Part shown: in pieces, positions 1 to 7,646 of the stretch
Layout of the letters: each line of letters begins with the position of its first letter
How positions within the stretch are numbered: the first letter of the stretch is position 1
Assembly: GCA_030950645.1 (NCBI GenBank)
Contig: JAUZRF010000014.1
Coordinates: 6,670 to 38,669 of the forward strand
Direction: 5' to 3'
Source of the DNA: Mariprofundales bacterium
GTDB lineage: Bacteria > Pseudomonadota > Zetaproteobacteria > Mariprofundales > J009
DNA: 32,000 bases
The notes under the pieces: generated by a model
The model's input: the letters and a program-made list of their open reading frames with translations, nothing else
Told to the model about the DNA's origin: nothing
The model's database searches: none
Made by a program: the position numbers and the translations under genes

Positions 1-14
1 TTTATTTGAATAGG

Positions 15-163
15 GTAACTACTCAGCTCACTCTCGGTTTTCCTGATAGCGGCGTTGAAAAATGCGCATTTACAGTAGTAAACTCCGCTTTTTCGCCTTG
101 CTATCAGGAAAACCGGAAGCAATCTGAGTAGTTACAGCCATTTTTGGGTAGGGTGCTGAATAG
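15..163 (+). mobile_element. MITE-like palindromic element, copy 1 (lineage I): 121-bp core 15-135 plus right extension with an atypical right end
   Basis: GTAACTACTCAGC left terminus at 15-27. Arms CGGTTTTCCTGATAGC / GCTATCAGGAAAACCG are inverted. The core ends with CTGAGTAGTTAC at 124-135. The extension ends GGGTAGGGTGCTGAATAGG instead of ...GCTGAGTAGTTAC. A 14-bp direct repeat TGAATAGGTAACTA lies at 7-20 and 157-170. Confidence 0.85.
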
Positions 164-196
164 GTAACTATTTAGATCGCTTCCGGTTTTCTCGAT
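164..196 (-). mobile_element. Partial inverted copy of the same element (right-arm fragment), abutting copy 1
   Basis: GTAACTATTTAGATCGCTTCCGGTTTTCTCGAT resembles the reverse complement of ...ATCAGAAAACCGGAAGCGATCTGAGCAGTTAC, the element's right arm. Confidence 0.6.
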
Positions 197-238
197 GGTG
201 GTGTTTTGTAAGAGGCTTAAGCGCAAGGAGTTTTTCGG

Positions 239-679
239 ATGATACAACAGATTACCGATGCGATGAAACAGGCAATGAAAGCGGGCGACAAGCCGCGATT
301 GTCGGCGATCCGTATGTTTCGCGCTGCGCTCAAAGATAGGGAGATTGCTATTGGTCACGCCCTGACGGACGAGGATGTGGTGGCGGTGGGAACGCGCTTG
401 GTGAAGCAGCGGAAAGATGCCGCTGTTCAGTATCAGAAAGCTGAGCGTGAGGATTTGGCTGCGGGGGAGTTGTTTGAGGTTGGCGTGATTTCGCAGTGGT
501 TGCCGCAGGCGATGGCGGATACTGAGGTCGCGCAAGCGGTGGTGGCGGCTTGTGGTGCGCTATCTGCTACCTCAATGCGCGATATGGGCAAGGTGATGGG
601 GGTGCTGCAAAAGCAGTTGGCAGGCCGCGCGGATATGACGCGGGTCTCGGCGCTGGTGAAGGAACATCTCGCCGGATAA
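239..679 (+). CDS. yqeY: GatB/YqeY domain-containing protein
   Basis: 146-aa ORF with a YqeY-like translation (MKQAMKAGDK..L..IR....K..EI......L.D.DV..V). It sits immediately upstream of dnaG-rpoD, as in many proteobacteria. Confidence 0.8.
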   Translation: MIQQITDAMKQAMKAGDKPRLSAIRMFRAALKDREIAIGHALTDEDVVAVGTRLVKQRKDAAVQYQKAEREDLAAGELFEVGVISQWLPQAMADTEVAQAVVAACGALSATSMRDMGKVMGVLQKQLAGRADMTRVSALVKEHLAG

Positions 680-685
680 TTCTCT

Positions 686-2455
686 GTGGCATTTTTTGAG
701 CAACCCTTCATTGAGTCGGTACTCAATCGTACCGATCTGGTGGAGATGGTCTCCCGTCAGGTGCATCTCAAGCGGGTAGGGGCCAATATGGTGGGGCTTT
801 GTCCGTTTCATCATGAGAAAACACCATCCTTCTCGGTATCGCCGGATAAGCAGATGTTTTACTGCTTTGGCTGTGGCAAAGGAGGCAATGCCTTTCGCTT
901 TGCGATGGAGAACGACGGTTACTCGTTTCCTGAAGCCGTGGAGGTGTTGGCTGGTCGCGCTGGGATGGAGCTGCCCGAACGGGCGCAGGAGAAGCCGGGT
1001 GAGCGCGATCGCCGTCAGCGGCGACTAGCGATGCTGCAGCAGGCGGTGGCGTTGTTTCAACAGGCGTTGCGTGACCATGCCCCAGCGCGGGCGTATCTGG
1101 AGTATCGTGCGCTATCGCCATCAACGATTGCGCGTTATGCCCTGGGCTATGCCCCTGATGGGTTTGGATTTTTTCGTGAACAGCTTGCTGGCAGTGGCGA
1201 CACCCAGCGGTTGCTGGTGGATGTTGGTCTGATCAGTGATGCCTCGCATGGCGGCGGTGATCGCTTTCGTGATCGGGTGATTTTCCCGATTCGGGATCGG
1301 CGTGGTCAGGTGGTCGGCTTTGGCGGTCGGGTGTTGGGCGAAGGAGGGCCGAAGTATCTGAACTCTTCTGAGACCTCGCTGTTTCATAAATCCTCGCTGC
1401 TCTACGGTTATTCAGAACACCGCGAGTCGATCCGTAAGGAACGCCGACTGATTGTGGTTGAGGGCTATATGGATGTGCTGGCGCTGGCCAACCATGGATT
1501 GACACAAGGGGTGGCGCCACTGGGTACGGCGATCGGCGAACAGCAGCTTCGTGATATTCTGCGGTTGCACTCTGCACCGCTGTTCTGTTTTGATGGTGAC
1601 GATGCTGGGCGCAAGGCCGCGTGGCGTGCACTGGAGCGCATGTTGCCATTGATTAACGCTGAACATGCTCCCTCGTTTCTTTTTCTTCCTCAAGGTGAAG
1701 ATCCTGATTCGCTATTGCAACATGAGGGTGCAGAGGGGTTGCTCAAGCGTATTGGCAGCGAATCGTTGAGCGCGTTGCAGAGCTGGATTGCTGGGTTGCG
1801 TCAAGAAGCAGGCTCTGGTGCGGAGGCGCGTGCGCGGATGGCTAAACACGCCCATGAGATGCTCGCTACCATGGCAGATCGCTATCTGGCGCAGGCGTGG
1901 CAACAGGAGGCAGAACAGGCGGCGGGAATCTCTATTTCACCGCATCGGGGGCGAAATGGCGTGCCGAATCGTGGCGCATCTGGGCGGAAACACCGTTCTC
2001 CGAAATACCGAGTCGCTGAGCAGTTTATCAAAGGGTTATTGCAGAATCCGGATCGTATTTTGCACTTGGAGGGCTCGGATGGCGCGCTTTTTCTTGACAA
2101 TGATACCCTGCAATCGTTATACACGCGCGCTTTTTCGATTCGAGGCCATTATCAAAATGCTCCCGCCGGTATTATTCGCGAGCTGGGCGCGGCCTTCCCC
2201 GAATCGGTAGCGCTTTCCCGCTGGGCGATGGTGCCGGAGCAAGATCCGGACGCTGGCGATGCGACTGTCGAAGCACGATCGAGCACGGTCACGGAAGTGA
2301 TCAATGATGTTACCTATCAAGCGATTTTGGCAACCTTGCGCATGGAGCAAATTCAACGGCACCTGCGTAGTGGCTCACTGTCGCTGGATGAGAGCATCGT
2401 TTTGCAACAGAAGTTGCGGCAGTTAAGCCAGCAGCGAAAAACAGAACAGAAATAA
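686..2455 (+). CDS. dnaG: DNA primase
   Basis: 589 aa with a GTG start. It has the CHC2 zinc finger CPFHHEKTPSFSV...FYCFGCGKGGN and Toprim motifs VVEGYMDV and CFDGDDAGRKAA. Confidence 0.95.
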   Translation: MAFFEQPFIESVLNRTDLVEMVSRQVHLKRVGANMVGLCPFHHEKTPSFSVSPDKQMFYCFGCGKGGNAFRFAMENDGYSFPEAVEVLAGRAGMELPERAQEKPGERDRRQRRLAMLQQAVALFQQALRDHAPARAYLEYRALSPSTIARYALGYAPDGFGFFREQLAGSGDTQRLLVDVGLISDASHGGGDRFRDRVIFPIRDRRGQVVGFGGRVLGEGGPKYLNSSETSLFHKSSLLYGYSEHRESIRKERRLIVVEGYMDVLALANHGLTQGVAPLGTAIGEQQLRDILRLHSAPLFCFDGDDAGRKAAWRALERMLPLINAEHAPSFLFLPQGEDPDSLLQHEGAEGLLKRIGSESLSALQSWIAGLRQEAGSGAEARARMAKHAHEMLATMADRYLAQAWQQEAEQAAGISISPHRGRNGVPNRGASGRKHRSPKYRVAEQFIKGLLQNPDRILHLEGSDGALFLDNDTLQSLYTRAFSIRGHYQNAPAGIIRELGAAFPESVALSRWAMVPEQDPDAGDATVEARSSTVTEVINDVTYQAILATLRMEQIQRHLRSGSLSLDESIVLQQKLRQLSQQRKTEQK

Positions 2456-2511
2456 TCGGCCGCATGTTGGGTCGAGTAACGAATTCGTAACAGAAGGAAC
2501 TCTTTTATATT

Positions 2512-4578
2512 ATGAGTAATACCATTATGGAACAGCTGCGGGTTAAGCAACTGGGCAGTTTGATCGCCAAGGGTAAGGAGACGGGCTTCATTACCTATGA
2601 CGATCTCAACACGCATCTGCCGGAAGGGCTGGTGTCGCCAGGTCGGGTTGAGGAGGTGATTAACCTCTTTACTGAGATGGGTATTGATGTGGTTGATCCT
2701 GACCGTGCGCCTAGCGGTGCCGGTGCGATGCGTAAGGATCGGCTGCGCAAGGAGGATTCGGCGTTGCGGGCGGATACCACCACCCTGGGCACGGTCATTC
2801 GTATTGATGACCCGGTGCGGATGTACCTGCGTGAAATGGGTACGGTGGAGTTGCTCACCCGCGAGGGTGAGATTGAGATTGCGCGCCGCATTGAGGAGGG
2901 CAAGCTCCAGGTGCATGAGGCGATTTGTCTTTGCCCGGCGACCTTTCGTGAAATTATCGCTTTGGGTGAGCGGGTGATTGCGATTCGCAAAGCGGCAGAT
3001 GAGTTGGGCGAAGAGCCGAACTTTCGTGATCTGCTTGAGGTGAATGAGAAGGTGGTGAATGCTGCCGCGATTGATGAGTACGAGAATCGGATGAGCAAGG
3101 CCGATGAGGGGGATGATGATCCGGGCGAAAAAGAGACGCTGGATCAGGCGCAGCTTGATGCTGCGATCAAGGCGCGTACTGCGACTCCCGATGGAACACC
3201 GATGTTGGAGAAGGTGATTACCATGGAGGAGCAGCTCGATGCTGCGCTGGAGCACTTTACTGAGGCGCGGACACTTCATGAGGTGTTTATTGGCTTGGAT
3301 GCGCGTGCTAAGCGGCGGCCACGAGACAAGAAACTGGCTGCGGAACGGCAGCGGACTCTTGACGCTATGTTGGATAACATGTTGAAAATCCCGTTTTCCC
3401 CTAAGCAGTTTAACCGTTTGATTTTGCGCTTTAAGAATGCCGTTTCTCGGGTGTTGAAATTTGAGCGCGAGATTCGCGATCTTGCGCTGACTGCGGGCGT
3501 GCCGCGTAAGTTGTTTATTGAGTCCTTCCTCCCGCAGGAATCCGATGAGCGTTGGGTTGACGGTCTGGTAGCGAATCATGCGGATGCCAGTTGGGTGGCA
3601 CCGTTGCAGGAGGTTGATTACCGCATTAAAGAGCATCAGCGCCGCTTGCGCCGGGTGGAGCAAGAGAGTGAACTTAAACTCACGGAGCTTAAAGAGGTGG
3701 CACGCCGTTTGACCATGGGTGAGGCGAAAATGCGTCAAGCTAAGCGTGAGATGATCGAGGCCAATCTGCGCTTGGTGATCTCAATCGCCAAGAAATATAC
3801 CAACCGTGGTCTGGGCTTTCTCGATCTGATTCAGGAGGGGAATATTGGTCTGATGAAGGCGGTGGAGAAATTTGAGTGGCGACGCGGCTATAAATTCTCT
3901 ACCTACGCTACATGGTGGATTCGGCAGGCGATTACTCGCTCGATTGCAGACCAAGCCCGTACCATTCGGATTCCGGTTCATATGATTGAGACCATCAATA
4001 AAATCAATCGTGTATCACGCCGTATCGCGCAAGAGACCGGTACTGAGCCTTCATTGGCCGAGTTGGCCATTCATCTGGAGATGACAGCAGAGAAGATTGA
4101 ACAGATTCTCGAGGTGGCCAAGGATCCAGTATCGCTGGAGACCCCTGTGGGTGATGAGGAAGATTCTCAGCTAGGCGATTTTGTCGAGGATGTGAAAGCG
4201 ATCAACCCGCTTGATGGAGCTGTGTCTGGAGCCTTGAAATGTGCCACCTTGGGCGTGCTTGATGGGCTGACCTCACGAGAGGAGAAGGTGCTGAGGATGC
4301 GTTTTGGCATCGGTATGAACACGGACCATACCTTGGAAGAGGTGGGTAAACAGTTTGGCGTCACCCGTGAGCGGATTCGTCAGATTGAGGCGAAGGCGCT
4401 GCGTAAGCTGAGGCACCCCTCGCGTTCGCAAGAGCTCAAAACCTTTTCTGATCTGATTGAGCCGACCGCAGGTGTAACGCCAGCAGAGGATGGCGATGCC
4501 TTAGGGAATGTGGTCGGGAATGCAGCCGGGAATGCGGTGGCTACGCGTGCAACTGGGGTCCAGCCTAAACCTGCCTAA
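2512..4578 (+). CDS. rpoD: RNA polymerase sigma-70 factor RpoD, with a ~45-aa C-terminal tail beyond region 4.2
   Basis: 688 aa. Region 2 reads [54 protein letters not shown]. Region 4.2 reads [32 protein letters not shown]. Confidence 0.97.
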   Translation: MSNTIMEQLRVKQLGSLIAKGKETGFITYDDLNTHLPEGLVSPGRVEEVINLFTEMGIDVVDPDRAPSGAGAMRKDRLRKEDSALRADTTTLGTVIRIDDPVRMYLREMGTVELLTREGEIEIARRIEEGKLQVHEAICLCPATFREIIALGERVIAIRKAADELGEEPNFRDLLEVNEKVVNAAAIDEYENRMSKADEGDDDPGEKETLDQAQLDAAIKARTATPDGTPMLEKVITMEEQLDAALEHFTEARTLHEVFIGLDARAKRRPRDKKLAAERQRTLDAMLDNMLKIPFSPKQFNRLILRFKNAVSRVLKFEREIRDLALTAGVPRKLFIESFLPQESDERWVDGLVANHADASWVAPLQEVDYRIKEHQRRLRRVEQESELKLTELKEVARRLTMGEAKMRQAKREMIEANLRLVISIAKKYTNRGLGFLDLIQEGNIGLMKAVEKFEWRRGYKFSTYATWWIRQAITRSIADQARTIRIPVHMIETINKINRVSRRIAQETGTEPSLAELAIHLEMTAEKIEQILEVAKDPVSLETPVGDEEDSQLGDFVEDVKAINPLDGAVSGALKCATLGVLDGLTSREEKVLRMRFGIGMNTDHTLEEVGKQFGVTRERIRQIEAKALRKLRHPSRSQELKTFSDLIEPTAGVTPAEDGDALGNVVGNAAGNAVATRATGVQPKPA
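4504..4539 (+). repeat. In-frame 12-bp x3 tandem repeat inside the rpoD 3' tail
   Basis: GGGAATGTGGTC GGGAATGCAGCC GGGAATGCGGTG encodes [12 protein letters not shown]. Confidence 0.9.
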
Positions 4579-4603
4579 TGGCTAAGCCCTCGATTTGTCG
4601 TTC

Positions 4604-4755
4604 GTAACTACTCAGCCCACTCCCGGTTTTCCTGCTAGCGGCGTTGAAAAATGCTCATTTACAGTAGTAAACTCCGCTTTTTCGCCTTGCTATCAGAAAA
4701 GCCGGAAGCGATCTGAGCAGTTACGGGATGTTTTCAATGGGTGCTGAGTAGTTAC
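4604..4755 (+). mobile_element. MITE-like element, copy 2 (lineage II, type-B right extension), 152 bp
   Basis: Termini are GTAACTACTCAGC ... GCTGAGTAGTTAC. A perfect 8-bp direct repeat TGTCGTTC lies at 4596-4603 and 4756-4763. The site is between the convergent rpoD and mrp genes. Confidence 0.95.
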
Positions 4756-4802
4756 TGTCGTTCCATTGATGCCTCGCCAGAAGCCATCAATGCGCCTGCG
4801 CG

Positions 4803-5660
4803 TTACCCTGCGGCTACCGGTATGTTGACGCTGGCTTGCCGTGGGAGTTGTTCAAGTTGTTGCATCATGGCTTCGGCAATGGCGCGGTAGTTGGCGGCTT
4901 GCGGGCTGTCGGGATCGGTCACGGTGATGGGGGTTCCTAAGTCCGAGAGCAGACGGATGCGTGGATCTAGCGGTACGCCACCGAGCAGTGGAAGGTTCTG
5001 TTTTTTCGCCAGCTCGCGGGCGCCGTCGTGGGAAAAGAGGTCGCTGGCTCCGCCACAATGCGGGCAGACAAACTCGCGCATATTTTCAATCACCCCTAAG
5101 CAGGGGACGCTTACGGTGCGGAACATGGTGATCGCTTTGCGGCAGTCAATCAACGCCACCTCTTGCGGCGTGGTCACGATGACCGCACCGGATATGGGCG
5201 CCTGCTGTGCCAGCGTCAGATGGATATCGCCAGTGCCGGGGGGGAGATCAAGCAACAGGATGTCGATCTCATCCTCGGGATGGCGTTGCCAGCGCACATC
5301 GCGCAATAGCTGCATCACAGTGCCAGAGGCCATTGGCCCGCGCCAGATCATCGCTTGGTCTTCATTGACGAGGTAGCCGATGGAGATGGTGCGTACGCCA
5401 TAGTTATCGATGGGAAACAGGGTTTTACCTTCCACCTCAGGCTCGCGGTCAGCAAGCCCCATCATGAGCGGGATTGAGGGACCATAGATATCGGCATCGA
5501 CCAACGCCACCCGTAGGCCGCTCGCGGCTAACGCAACGGCAAGGTTGACCGTGGTGGTGGATTTGCCAACACCGCCTTTGCCTGAGGCGATGGCGATGAT
5601 ATTTCGCACGCCGGGGATGGGCGTTTTGCCAGCGGGAATGTGAGATGAAGGGGGGGGCAT
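4803..5660 (-). CDS. apbC: Mrp/ApbC/NBP35-family Fe-S cluster carrier ATPase (short form, no N-terminal domain)
   Basis: 285 aa with P-loop ASGKGGVGKSTTTVNLA and an FVCPHCG motif. SD AAGGAG lies 6 nt upstream of the ATG. Confidence 0.9.
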   Translation of the reverse strand: MPPPSSHIPAGKTPIPGVRNIIAIASGKGGVGKSTTTVNLAVALAASGLRVALVDADIYGPSIPLMMGLADREPEVEGKTLFPIDNYGVRTISIGYLVNEDQAMIWRGPMASGTVMQLLRDVRWQRHPEDEIDILLLDLPPGTGDIHLTLAQQAPISGAVIVTTPQEVALIDCRKAITMFRTVSVPCLGVIENMREFVCPHCGGASDLFSHDGARELAKKQNLPLLGGVPLDPRIRLLSDLGTPITVTDPDSPQAANYRAIAEAMMQQLEQLPRQASVNIPVAAG

Positions 5661-5685
5661 AGGGACTCCTTAGGATTCTTGTGCT

Positions 5686-5838
5686 GTAACTACTCATCTC
5701 ACTCTCGGTTTTCCTGATAACGGCGTTGAAAAATGCGCATTTACAGTAGTAAACTCCGCTTTTTCGCCTTGCTATCAGGAAAACCGGAAGCAATCTGAGC
5801 AGTTACCGCCATTTTTGGGTAGGGTGCTGAGTAGTTAT
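5686..5838 (+). mobile_element. MITE-like element, copy 3 (lineage I), 153 bp, no recognisable TSD
   Basis: GTAACTACTCATC ... GCTGAGTAGTTAT. It occupies 153 of the 201 bp between the divergent mrp (ATG 5660) and rsfS (TTG 5862). Flanks CTTGTGCT and TATGTTTG do not match. Confidence 0.9.
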
Positions 5839-5861
5839 TATGTTTGTAAGGAGAGCGTAGA

Positions 5862-6227
5862 TTGAATACTGACCCGCAACAGCGGCTGCAAGCGTTGACT
5901 GATCAACTGGTGACAGCCCTTGAAGACAAGAAAGCTGCCGAAATTCTCACGATCGATGTGCAGGGTCGCTGCTCTTTTTCTGACCGTTTTGTCCTCGCCA
6001 ATGCGCGCAATGGTCGCCATCTGAAGGCGCTGTCTCAAGCGGTGGCTGGAGTGGGGCATCAGTTTGATCTGCCTGCCACGGTGGAGGGCATGACTGCACT
6101 GGAGTGGCTGGTGGTGGATCTGCAAGATGTGATCGTTCACCTGTTTTTACCAGATATTCGCGAGCAATTTCAACTGGAACGGTTGTGGCAACAACCCACC
6201 ATGTCGGGGAATGATCCCAGCGAGTGA
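5862..6227 (+). CDS. rsfS: Ribosome silencing factor RsfS (iojap-like)
   Basis: 121 aa with TTG start and SD AAGGAG. RsfS-like sequences: ILTIDV.....F.D.FV.A........KAL and WLVVDLQDVIVHLFLPDIREQFQLERLW. GTGA overlap with rlmH. Confidence 0.85.
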   Translation: MNTDPQQRLQALTDQLVTALEDKKAAEILTIDVQGRCSFSDRFVLANARNGRHLKALSQAVAGVGHQFDLPATVEGMTALEWLVVDLQDVIVHLFLPDIREQFQLERLWQQPTMSGNDPSE

Positions 6228-6676
6228 AGCAACGCTTGCTGGTGGTTGGGCGCGGCGATTCGGAGTTGGCTGACTATGAAAAGCGTTTTATGCACCGTAT
6301 CTGCTCCTTTACCCCATTTGAGGTGATTGAGTTGCAGGCAGGGAAAGAGAAACGCATCGAACAGCGTCGCCAGCAGGAGGGGGTTCGTATTCGCAAACGG
6401 TGTCAGGAGCGTACTATGGTGCTGTTTGATGAGCGGGGGCGGCGAATGACCAGCCAGCATTGGGCGAGCTTTCTAAGGGATCAACCCGGCAGTGCAGAGA
6501 TTGATTATGTGATCGGCGGAGCCGGCGGCGTGGAGGATAATCTGCGAAATTCGGCGGCCCAGTGTTGGCAGCTCTCAGCCCTAACGCTTCCCCACCAGTT
6601 GGTACGCACTTTGGTGCTGGAGCAGCTCTATCGCGCGCAGACGATTCTTGCTGGGCACCCCTACCATCGCGAATAA
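6224..6676 (+). CDS. rlmH: 23S rRNA (pseudouridine1915-N3)-methyltransferase RlmH
   Basis: 150 aa with the SPOUT C-terminus YVIGGAGGV...LSALTLPHQLVRTLVLEQLYRAQTILAGHPYHRE. Conserved rsfS-rlmH pairing. Confidence 0.9.
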   Translation: MKQRLLVVGRGDSELADYEKRFMHRICSFTPFEVIELQAGKEKRIEQRRQQEGVRIRKRCQERTMVLFDERGRRMTSQHWASFLRDQPGSAEIDYVIGGAGGVEDNLRNSAAQCWQLSALTLPHQLVRTLVLEQLYRAQTILAGHPYHRE

Positions 6677-6775
6677 TTTGTTGTGATTGCTTAGGGTAAT
6701 TTGAGCAGGAGTGTTTTTCTGAAGTAACACCCTACTGAAAAGTCAGGAGTGAGCAGAGTAAATATTAATAGGAGG

Positions 6776-6817
6776 GTGACTACTCAGCGCCCTACCAGAA
6801 GCAATCTGAGCAGTTAC
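6776..6817. mobile_element. 42-bp mini-derivative of the MITE family (termini only)
   Basis: GTGACTACTCAGCGCCCTACCAGAAGCAATCTGAGCAGTTAC. A perfect 8-bp direct repeat ATAGGAGG lies at 6768-6775 and 6818-6825. Confidence 0.85.
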
Positions 6818-6834
6818 ATAGGAGGTATGGTAAT

Positions 6835-7386
6835 ATGGGATTAGTAGCATCAATTCATGTGGATTTGGGCTGGAAGTTGCCCGCAGTGACGCTGACAGAT
6901 CTGAATGCGAAGCCGGTGGATCTGAAGCCGCAGCTGGGTGAGAACGGGTTGTTGGTTGCCTTTACCTGCAACCACTGTCCGTATGCGATAGCGGTGTGGC
7001 CTAGGCTTATTCGTCACGCAGCAACCTTGCGCAGCATGGGTATCAACACGGTGGCGATTAACCCCAATATTCACCCAGATTTCCCGCAAGACTCGGTGGC
7101 GGCGATGGCGGATAAGGTGCGCGAGTGGAACATCGATTTTCCCTATCTGGCTGACACTTCCCAAGATGTAGCACGCCAATTTGATGCGCAGTGTACTCCG
7201 GATCTCTACCTATTCGATGGCAGTGGTGCGCTCTATTACCATGGTCGTATTGACGACTACTGGAAGGATGAGGCCAAAGTGACGCAACAGGAGCTGTTGC
7301 CGGCTGCGAAGGCGATGGTGAATGGTTCTCCGGCTCCGCAGCCACAGCACCCTACGATTGGTTGTTCCATCAAGTGGCAAGGGTGA
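6835..7386 (+). CDS. Thioredoxin-fold protein (AhpC/TSA / TlpA-like thiol-disulfide oxidoreductase family)
   Basis: 183 aa with the CxxC motif FTCNHCPY. The redoxin-like layout includes a conserved C-terminal GCSIKW. SD GGAGG lies 9 nt upstream. Confidence 0.65.
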   Translation: MGLVASIHVDLGWKLPAVTLTDLNAKPVDLKPQLGENGLLVAFTCNHCPYAIAVWPRLIRHAATLRSMGINTVAINPNIHPDFPQDSVAAMADKVREWNIDFPYLADTSQDVARQFDAQCTPDLYLFDGSGALYYHGRIDDYWKDEAKVTQQELLPAAKAMVNGSPAPQPQHPTIGCSIKWQG

Positions 7387-7416
7387 TCGATCGCTGAACC
7401 GGCTGTAGGCCAAGCC

Positions 7417-7617
7417 TGTGGATAACTCTGTGGATAAAGGGATGCTTGGACAAGGTAAAATTGGGTTTTTTGTCACATAAGACAGTGTGAAGTTATTTTA
7501 ATCACAACTGTATTATCCATTGAATACAGTTTGATATATCGATCTATTGATGAAATATATCACTGATCATGCTAAATACGCATTCTTTATTTATCCTGTT
7601 TTACGATCAGTGGATAA
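7417..7617. promoter_or_regulatory. DnaA-box cluster in an AT-rich spacer between convergent genes
   Basis: TGTGGATAA (reverse complement of TTATCCACA) at 7417-7425 and 7429-7437, both perfect. AGTGGATAA at 7609-7617 has 1 mismatch. Weaker TTATCCATT at 7513-7521 and TTATCCTGT at 7591-7599. Confidence 0.6.
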
Positions 7618-7646
7618 CATACTGGAATCCCGTGGACTTGGGGATG

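Noticed and set aside
2353-3738. Long antisense ORFs in the six-frame track: 2353-3738 (-) opposite rpoD, 14425-15120 (+) opposite atpD, 29026-29844 (+) opposite sufB, 27658-28290 (+) opposite sufC, 25854-26399 (+) opposite sufS.
   Set aside because: Each lies entirely antisense to a gene with unmistakable conserved motifs. Their translations are low-complexity and R/L/H-rich with no recognisable domains. They are typical shadow ORFs of moderately GC-rich coding DNA.
6690-6760. Possible highly degenerate MITE remnants upstream of the mini-element (AATTTGAGCAG resembling AATCTGAGCAG; GTAACACCCTAC resembling the reverse complement of the right end with an 8-bp deletion; TAGGGT/ACCCTA inverted repeat).
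   Set aside because: The matches are short and gapped. I cannot distinguish them from chance by eye, so they are not reported as a feature.
7387-7646. Calling the DnaA-box spacer oriC outright, or a dif/terminus site given the convergent genes.
   Set aside because: Gene orientation converges on it, no origin-linked genes are adjacent, and I cannot compute skew from 32 kb. I saw no match to the dif consensus (GGTGCGCATAATGTATATTATGTTAAAT-like). It is kept as a DnaA-binding candidate only.
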